A stretch of 47,221 bases of DNA from the IMG/VR virus record IMGVR_UViG_2660238524_000005. One strand, given 5' to 3'. Numbering within the stretch: position 1 is the first letter of the stretch; each line of letters begins with the position of its first letter. Position numbers and translations under genes: made by a program. The stretch comes from a virus (lineage: Duplodnaviria; Heunggongvirae; Uroviricota; Caudoviricetes). Below the pieces are notes generated by a model, which had not been told where the DNA came from, ran no database searches, and saw only the letters and a program-made list of their open reading frames with translations. Positions 41,105-47,221 of the stretch are shown here, piece after piece.

Positions 41105-44100
41105 ATGGCAGTAAAAATTTCAGGTGTACTGAAAGACGGCACAGGAAAACCGGTACAGAACTGCACAATCCAGCTGAAAGCAAAACGTAACAGTACCACG
41201 GTGGTGGTGAACACGCTGGCATCTGAAAATCCGGATGAAGCCGGGCGTTACAGTATGGACGTTGAGTACGGTCAGTACAGCGTTATTCTGTTGGTGGAAG
41301 GATTCCCGCCGTCACATGCCGGGACCATCACAGTGTATGAAGATTCCCGACCCGGTACGCTGAATGATTTTCTCGGTGCCATGACGGAGGATGATGCCCG
41401 TCCGGAGGCACTGCGCCGTTTTGAGCTGATGGTGGAAGAGGTGGCGCGTAACGCGTCCGTGGTGGCACAGAACACGGCAGCCGCGAAGAAGTCAGCCAGT
41501 GATGCCAGCACATCAGCCCGTGAGGCGGCAACCCATGCGACTGATGCTGCAGGCTCAGCACGCGCAGCCAGCACGTCAGCCGGACAGGCCGCGTCGTCGG
41601 CTCAGTCAGCGACTTCCAGCGCAGGAACGGCATCAACAAAGGCTACTGAAGCATCAAAAAGTGCTGCCGCTGCAGAGTCCTCAAAAAGCGCGGCAGCTAC
41701 CAGTGCCAGTGCCGCGAAAACGTCAGAAACGAATGCTGCAGCGTCACAACAATCAGCAGCCACTTCTGCATCCACCGCAACTACGAAAGCGTCAGAAGCT
41801 GCCACCTCAGCCCGGGATGCGGCGGCTTCAAAAGAGGCGGCAAAATCATCAGAAACGAACGCATCCTCGAGCGCCAGTAACGCAGCTTCCTCGGCAACAG
41901 CGGCAGGAAATTCCGCGAAGGCGGCAAAAACGTCAGAGACGAACGCCAGGTCTTCTGAAACGGCAGCGGGACAGAGCGCCTCGGCTGCGGCAGGCTCAAA
42001 AACAGCGGCTGCGTCGTCTGCCAGTGCAGCGTCAACAAGTGCCGGGCAGGCCTCAGCCAGTGCCACCGCCGCCGGAAAATCGGCAGAAAGCGCCGCATCG
42101 TCTGCTTCAACAGCCACAACGAAGGCTGACGAAGCCACTGAACAGGCCAGCGCAGCAGCGAGGTCTGCTTCCGCAGCGAAGACATCCGAAACGAACGCGA
42201 AAGCGTCGGAAACCAGCGCAGAATCCTCAAAAACGGCTGCCGCATCGTCAGCCAGTTCGGCGTCGTCATCGGCATCATCTGCGTCTGCTTCAAAAGATGA
42301 GGCGACCAGACAGGCGTCAGCAGCGAAGAGCAGCGCCACGACGGCATCCACGAAGGCAACAGAGGCGGCAGGCAGTGCGACGGCAGCATCTCAGAGCAAA
42401 ACTACTGCTGAATCCGCTGCGACCCGTGCGGAAGCTGCTGCTGATCGTGCTGAAGAGATTGCCGGTGCAGTTGCGATGGAAGACGCAAGCCTTACAACTA
42501 AAGGTGTTGTGAAACTTAGCAGTGCTGTTGATAGCACCAGTGAATCGCTGGCCGCAACGCCAAAAGCAGTTAAAGCAGCCAATGACAATGCGAATAGCAG
42601 GGTGCCATCTAACCGAAAAGTTAACGGAAAAGCACTGACTGCGGATATAACATTAACGCCGAAAGATATTGGTACTTTAAATTCAGTAACGATGTCTTTC
42701 TCTGGCGGGGCTGGGTGGTTCAAACTGGCTACGGTTACCATGCCACAAGCGAGTTCCATCGTTTACATCGCATTGATTGGTGGCGCTGGTTACAACGTCG
42801 GTTCCCCACATCAGGCAGGCATTTCAGAACTGGTTCTACGAGCAGGCAATGGAAACCCCAAAGGAATTACCGGGGCTTTGTGGAAGCGTACAGCCGTCGG
42901 ATTAACGAATTTCGCCTGGATCAACACATCCGGCGATACATATGATATTTACGTTGAGATTGGCAATTATGCGACGAGTGTAAATATCCATTGGGATTGT
43001 ACTGCAAATGCGTCAGTTTCTGTTTATACCTCGCCAACATATTCAGCGAGTAAGCCTTCCAGCGTTACCTATGGTGTTGTTTATACGATGTATAGCTCAC
43101 ATCAGAAACCTACACCATCAGATATTGGAGCACTGCCAACAACCGGAGGAACAGTTTCAGGTCCGTTGTCTGTTACAGGTGGATTAACTGGTTCATTGAA
43201 TGGTAATGCAAGTACAGCCACGAAATTGCAGACGGCAAGATCTATCGGTGGAGTTGTTTTCGACGGTTCTGCAAATATTAACCTTCCAGGTGTAAACACT
43301 ACGGGTAATCAGAACACCACTGGTAATGCTGCAACTGCTACAAAACTTCAGACTGCAAGAAAAATATCCGGTGTTCCATTTGATGGTTCTACTGATATCA
43401 CTTTAACCGCCGCGCATGTGGCTGCTTTTGCCAGAAGGGCAACGGATACATATGCCGATGCGGATGGGGGCGTTCCCTGGAATGCCGAATCAGGCGCTTA
43501 TAAGGTCACCCGCTCTGGCGACAGCTATATTCTGGTTAACTTCTATACCGGAGTCGGAAGTTGCCGGACCTTGCAGATGAAGGCGCATTACAGAAATGGT
43601 GGTCTGTTCTACCGTTCTTCAAGAGACGGTTATGGTTTTGAGGAAGACTGGGCAGAAGTTTATACCTCGAAAAATCTTCCACCAGAAAGCTACCCAGTCG
43701 GCGCACCAATCCCGTGGCCATCAGATACCGTTCCGTCTGGTTATGCCCTGATGCAGGGGCAGACTTTTGACAAATCTGCCTACCCGAAACTTGCAGCCGC
43801 TTATCCGTCAGGCGTGATCCCTGATATGCGTGGCTGGACGATTAAGGGCAAGCCCGCCAGTGGTCGTGCCGTATTGTCTCAGGAACAGGACGGCATAAAA
43901 TCGCATACCCACAGCGCCAGCGCATCCAGTACTGATTTGGGGACGAAAACCACATCGTCGTTTGATTACGGCACTAAATCCACGAATAACACTGGTGCGC
44001 ATACCCATAGTGTTAGCGGTACGGCTGCTTCAGCCGGTGCACATACCCATTCGATGACATTTGTTTCAGGTGGTTCCAGTGGTGCTCCGGGAAGTGGATC

Positions 44101-44332
44101 ACCTGATTATTCTAAATACAGTGTTAACACTTCTTCTGCAGGCGCTCATACGCACTCTGTATCGGGTACTGCTGCAAGCGCAGGTGCACACGCACATACT
44201 GTAGGTATTGGTGCGCATACGCACTCGGTTGCGATTGGTTCACATGGACACACCATCACCGTTAACGCTGCTGGTAACGCGGAAAACACCGTCAAAAACA
44301 TCGCATTTAACTATATTGTGAGGCTTGCATAA
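41105..44332 (+). CDS. stf: Side tail fiber protein (Stf-like), intact
   Basis: N-terminus [26 protein letters not shown] and C-terminus ...[19 protein letters not shown] match lambda Stf from memory; Ala/Ser/Thr-rich shaft with repeated KTSETNA units; C-terminal GAHTHS/HxH repeats. Confidence 0.8.
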   Translation: MAVKISGVLKDGTGKPVQNCTIQLKAKRNSTTVVVNTLASENPDEAGRYSMDVEYGQYSVILLVEGFPPSHAGTITVYEDSRPGTLNDFLGAMTEDDARPEALRRFELMVEEVARNASVVAQNTAAAKKSASDASTSAREAATHATDAAGSARAASTSAGQAASSAQSATSSAGTASTKATEASKSAAAAESSKSAAATSASAAKTSETNAAASQQSAATSASTATTKASEAATSARDAAASKEAAKSSETNASSSASNAASSATAAGNSAKAAKTSETNARSSETAAGQSASAAAGSKTAAASSASAASTSAGQASASATAAGKSAESAASSASTATTKADEATEQASAAARSASAAKTSETNAKASETSAESSKTAAASSASSASSSASSASASKDEATRQASAAKSSATTASTKATEAAGSATAASQSKTTAESAATRAEAAADRAEEIAGAVAMEDASLTTKGVVKLSSAVDSTSESLAATPKAVKAANDNANSRVPSNRKVNGKALTADITLTPKDIGTLNSVTMSFSGGAGWFKLATVTMPQASSIVYIALIGGAGYNVGSPHQAGISELVLRAGNGNPKGITGALWKRTAVGLTNFAWINTSGDTYDIYVEIGNYATSVNIHWDCTANASVSVYTSPTYSASKPSSVTYGVVYTMYSSHQKPTPSDIGALPTTGGTVSGPLSVTGGLTGSLNGNASTATKLQTARSIGGVVFDGSANINLPGVNTTGNQNTTGNAATATKLQTARKISGVPFDGSTDITLTAAHVAAFARRATDTYADADGGVPWNAESGAYKVTRSGDSYILVNFYTGVGSCRTLQMKAHYRNGGLFYRSSRDGYGFEEDWAEVYTSKNLPPESYPVGAPIPWPSDTVPSGYALMQGQTFDKSAYPKLAAAYPSGVIPDMRGWTIKGKPASGRAVLSQEQDGIKSHTHSASASSTDLGTKTTSSFDYGTKSTNNTGAHTHSVSGTAASAGAHTHSMTFVSGGSSGAPGSGSPDYSKYSVNTSSAGAHTHSVSGTAASAGAHAHTVGIGAHTHSVAIGSHGHTITVNAAGNAENTVKNIAFNYIVRLA

Positions 44333-44916
44333 TGGCATTCAGAATGAGTGAACAAGCACGGACCATAAAAATTTATAATCTGCTGTCCGGAACTAATGAA
44401 TTTATTGGTGAAGGTGATGCATATATTCCGCCTCATACAGGTCTGCCAGCAAACAGTACCGACATTGCACCGCCAGATATTCCAGCTGGCTTCGTGGCTG
44501 TTTTCAACAGTGATGAGTTATCGTGGCATCTCGTTGAAGATCATCGGGGTAAAACGGTTTATGACGTGGCTTCCGGCGACGCGTTATTTATTTCTGAACT
44601 CGGTCCGTTACCGGAAAATGTCACCTGGTTATCCCCGGAAGGGGAGTTTCAGAAGTGGAACGGCACAGCCTGGGTGAAAGATGCAGAAGCAGAAAAACTG
44701 TTCCGGATCCGGGAGGCGGAAGAAACAAAAAACAGCCTGATGCAGGCAGCGAATGAGCATATTGCGCCACTTCAGGATGCTGTAGATCTGGAAATCGCAA
44801 CGGAGGAAGAAAACTCGTTGCTGGAAGCCTGGAAAAAGTATCGGGTGTTGCTGAACCGTGTTGATACATCAGTAGCACCGGATATTGAGTGGCCTGCTGT
44901 CCCTGTTATGGAGTAA
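44332..44916 (+). CDS. tfa: Tail fiber assembly protein (Tfa)
   Basis: 194 aa; MAFRMSEQ...[10 protein letters not shown] closely resembles lambda Tfa (from memory). Confidence 0.85.
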   Translation: MAFRMSEQARTIKIYNLLSGTNEFIGEGDAYIPPHTGLPANSTDIAPPDIPAGFVAVFNSDELSWHLVEDHRGKTVYDVASGDALFISELGPLPENVTWLSPEGEFQKWNGTAWVKDAEAEKLFRIREAEETKNSLMQAANEHIAPLQDAVDLEIATEEENSLLEAWKKYRVLLNRVDTSVAPDIEWPAVPVME

Positions 44917-45019
44917 TCGTTTTGAGATACGCCGCATACACGTTGTATGCAATAACGTGCTGCGGCTTGGTAAATTTTAGCTAGTTTCAGCAGGAGACAT
45001 AAAAAACTTCAATATAAGA

Positions 45020-45822
45020 TTAAGCATCACGTATTGCCAACCTGATTTTTGACTGATACCAATTGGGGCCTTCTGCAATTATTTCTTCCTCAACATGCAT
45101 GATGGGATGCATTTCAATTTCAGAGTTTTTGACTTTTAGATCTAGTCCATATTTTTTTGAAATTTGTAAAACTTCATTTTTGAAATCCTTATCTGCGAAA
45201 GGTGAAATCCTTATTTCTTCCAACAGATTATTAAGAGATACAGGGACTAGTTTTCCCTTTACAGGTGGAGTGTTAAAGGTATTCTCTTGAAAAATAGCTC
45301 TAAACTCTTTTTCGTGTTCGAAAGATGGTCTCTTGTTAAAGAATACATCTGATTCTGGATTGTATTGTTTTATCCAGAAATTTTTGACGTATTTTACGTG
45401 TTTTAATTGTAGTTTGTTTAGATTATTATTTTCAAGTTGGCTTTGGAGGTTTTTTTCTTTGATTTTATGACAACGCCTTTAGCGGGGTTTTTACAATACA
45501 GCTTCCACATAGCTTCAGATTCATGTTCGTTACAATGCCAGCAACTTATATATGTCCTCTCGCTTATTTCCTTAAGTGTCTTTAAATTGAATGCCATGAA
45601 AGGCTCTAAGTCCATGCCGGCACCATGAGTAGCGCATAGTTTTTCCTGTGTCTCAATGAATTTTTTATAGCCAGTATGTCCCCAAGCAAATTCACCTTCG
45701 AACGGATCTTCAAAATTTTTTGCTGAGCAAAAAAATAAAGCATTTTGTTCGAGTAACATAGAGAATTTCTCTATGTCAAGATATCGCCATATATACTCAG
45801 TGTGCATGATAGCTCCTTGCAA
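45020..45822 (-). pseudogene. DUF2971-family gene disrupted by a frameshift at an A7 homopolymer (or needing a -1 shift)
   Basis: N-terminal 134-aa ORF has DUF2971 motifs (LFFCSAKNFEDPFEG; SEAMWKLY...KGVVIKS) and stops after the A7 run (plus-strand T7 at 45450-45456); the -1 frame is open through both segments down to 45020. Confidence 0.55.
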
Positions 45823-46018
45823 TATAACTATTTCTATCTGTTCATTTGTACTTAAAAAGGATTGAGTAGCCCGAACAGTTCTATCCGTAAATATACCAGA
45901 TAGAAGAGTTGTACAATAACAAATCCTCCGTATAAGAACCAGCCATAATAGTCTGGTTCTTAAGGTTTTTTTGTTCGAGGGGTTTTAACCTACGATTCGT
46001 CCCCATATCGGCGATAAA

Positions 46019-47221
46019 TTAGGCTTGTACCAACGCTTCTGTTTCTGTGAGTGAAATCTGATAGCGTTTTACTGCCTCAGCAAAGGCGTGCGCGGCATCT
46101 GCATTTGATACCATATATTCTTCAGTTACCCCTGTTTGAGAATGGAAAGTAATATTTCCATAAATGCAAATAGGGATTTGGTAGTTGTCTTTAAAACGAC
46201 GGTCTGGTGAGCCATTCTTATTCGTTTTCGCCCATGTATAACCATCTATGCGTGAGTCACTGGGAACACCTTCTTCCTCATGGAATCTTAGATATTCTGA
46301 ACTAATTTGTAATTCGCGTAAATCAATCAGAGCGAATGCTCCATCGGCTCGTGGTATGACTGCAACTCCAGGATAAAGCAAAATATCGTCTCCATTTGCA
46401 TTTTCAAACCTCATCGCACGCCCTGTAAATTGAATGAGATCCGTTGAACTAAAATCAAAGGTAACTGGGTGACGATTAACAGACCGGGTTGCTAATGTTC
46501 TTTCAGCAAACTGGTCTGTAGCTTTATCTGCAGTAATATCCCATTTTTTGACACTCGATTTTAACATATCAAATGCATGGACCATCGCTGCATATGCGCG
46601 CTGTGAAGCATCACTGCTCTCGAATGTTATGGCTATTTTTGTGCTGTCTTCCCATGAAACTAGGCGAGATATCTCAGCTTGGGTTAGGGGGAGTAGTGTC
46701 TCAAGTTCTGCGATGCGTCGTTTGTAAAACCAACGGAATAGACTTGATTTGCGTCGAGCCAGCTCGCTTTTTTGTTTTGATTCTTCGGCAAGAGCCTCTT
46801 GAAGATCTGCTTTTATCTCTGCTCTTTGTTCTCGTGCTTTAGCAATCAAATCTCGTAAAGGTAAAAGGGAGGTACTTGTAAGGACTTCTACCGAAGCGCT
46901 GGATATTTCATTCATGCCAGCTACAGGCATATATATTTTAGCGTTCGATGGTGTGTTTTCTGGAGATGACCCAGACCCCAAATGAGGTTCTGTAGGGGCT
47001 GGATTTAATGGATTGGTAACTGAGTATCCATCATCATAGGGCAAGGTAGGTGTAGTATAAGATAAGCCTGTGCCCGGTAATCCGACAGTTGCTCTAACCC
47101 CTTTTTTACCAACATTGACAGTTGCGCCAGGCATGCCAATGCTTGCACTTATTCCACGCTTGCCAATGTTGAGTCGAACGCCAGGAAATAAAGTAAAGGT
47201 TTGTCTGAAACGAAGAGACAT
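46019..47221 (-). CDS. DUF4236-domain protein (N-terminal Gly/Lys-rich repeat domain + about 340-aa unknown C-terminal domain); start at window edge
   Basis: N-terminus MSLRFRQTFTLFPGVRLNIGKRGISASIGMPGATVNVGKKGVRATVGLPGTGLSY matches DUF4236 (from memory); ATG is the last codon of the window, so the true start may lie outside. Confidence 0.5.
   Translation of the reverse strand: MSLRFRQTFTLFPGVRLNIGKRGISASIGMPGATVNVGKKGVRATVGLPGTGLSYTTPTLPYDDGYSVTNPLNPAPTEPHLGSGSSPENTPSNAKIYMPVAGMNEISSASVEVLTSTSLLPLRDLIAKAREQRAEIKADLQEALAEESKQKSELARRKSSLFRWFYKRRIAELETLLPLTQAEISRLVSWEDSTKIAITFESSDASQRAYAAMVHAFDMLKSSVKKWDITADKATDQFAERTLATRSVNRHPVTFDFSSTDLIQFTGRAMRFENANGDDILLYPGVAVIPRADGAFALIDLRELQISSEYLRFHEEEGVPSDSRIDGYTWAKTNKNGSPDRRFKDNYQIPICIYGNITFHSQTGVTEEYMVSNADAAHAFAEAVKRYQISLTETEALVQA

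Noticed and set aside
41499-42512. Arg/Gln/Pro-rich 337-aa ORF (+) and Ala/Asp-rich 249-aa and 202-aa ORFs (-) inside stf
   Set aside because: Alternative-frame and antisense readings of the GC-rich Ala/Ser/Thr repeat-coding shaft; extreme low-complexity composition.

Overview
The window is almost entirely a lambdoid (lambda-family) prophage in an enterobacterial, E. coli-like genome, entered from the host side on the left. Order: 3' end of a host autotransporter-like gene (1-249); a 46-nt tRNA-Pro 3' fragment that looks like the att core (351-396); an AT-rich cargo block (a two-gene overlapping operon, a decayed integrase remnant, a DUF2971 gene); int/xis; an early-left region (DUF551, HD hydrolase, YfdQ/YfdP-like); a cI/cro switch; a replication module with in-gene iterons; Dam-type MTase, LexA-DBD-only protein, RusA, KilA-N, DUF968, Q antiterminator; a reverse-strand AT-rich 3-gene cargo operon; a second MTase; a phage-21-type lysis cassette; cos, terminase, portal and a protease-capsid fusion; lambda-like tail genes Z through J with IS150 inserted in the tape-measure gene; lom, stf, tfa; then more AT-rich cargo (a frameshifted DUF2971 paralog and a DUF4236-domain protein) running off the right edge. 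The best candidates for an undescribed system are the 3-gene reverse operon between Q and the lysis genes (15177-16716) and the two-gene operon next to the att site (835-1975); neither matches a family I can name. All calls are from reading the sequence and the ORF track; no database search was run, so family names rest on remembered motifs and synteny.
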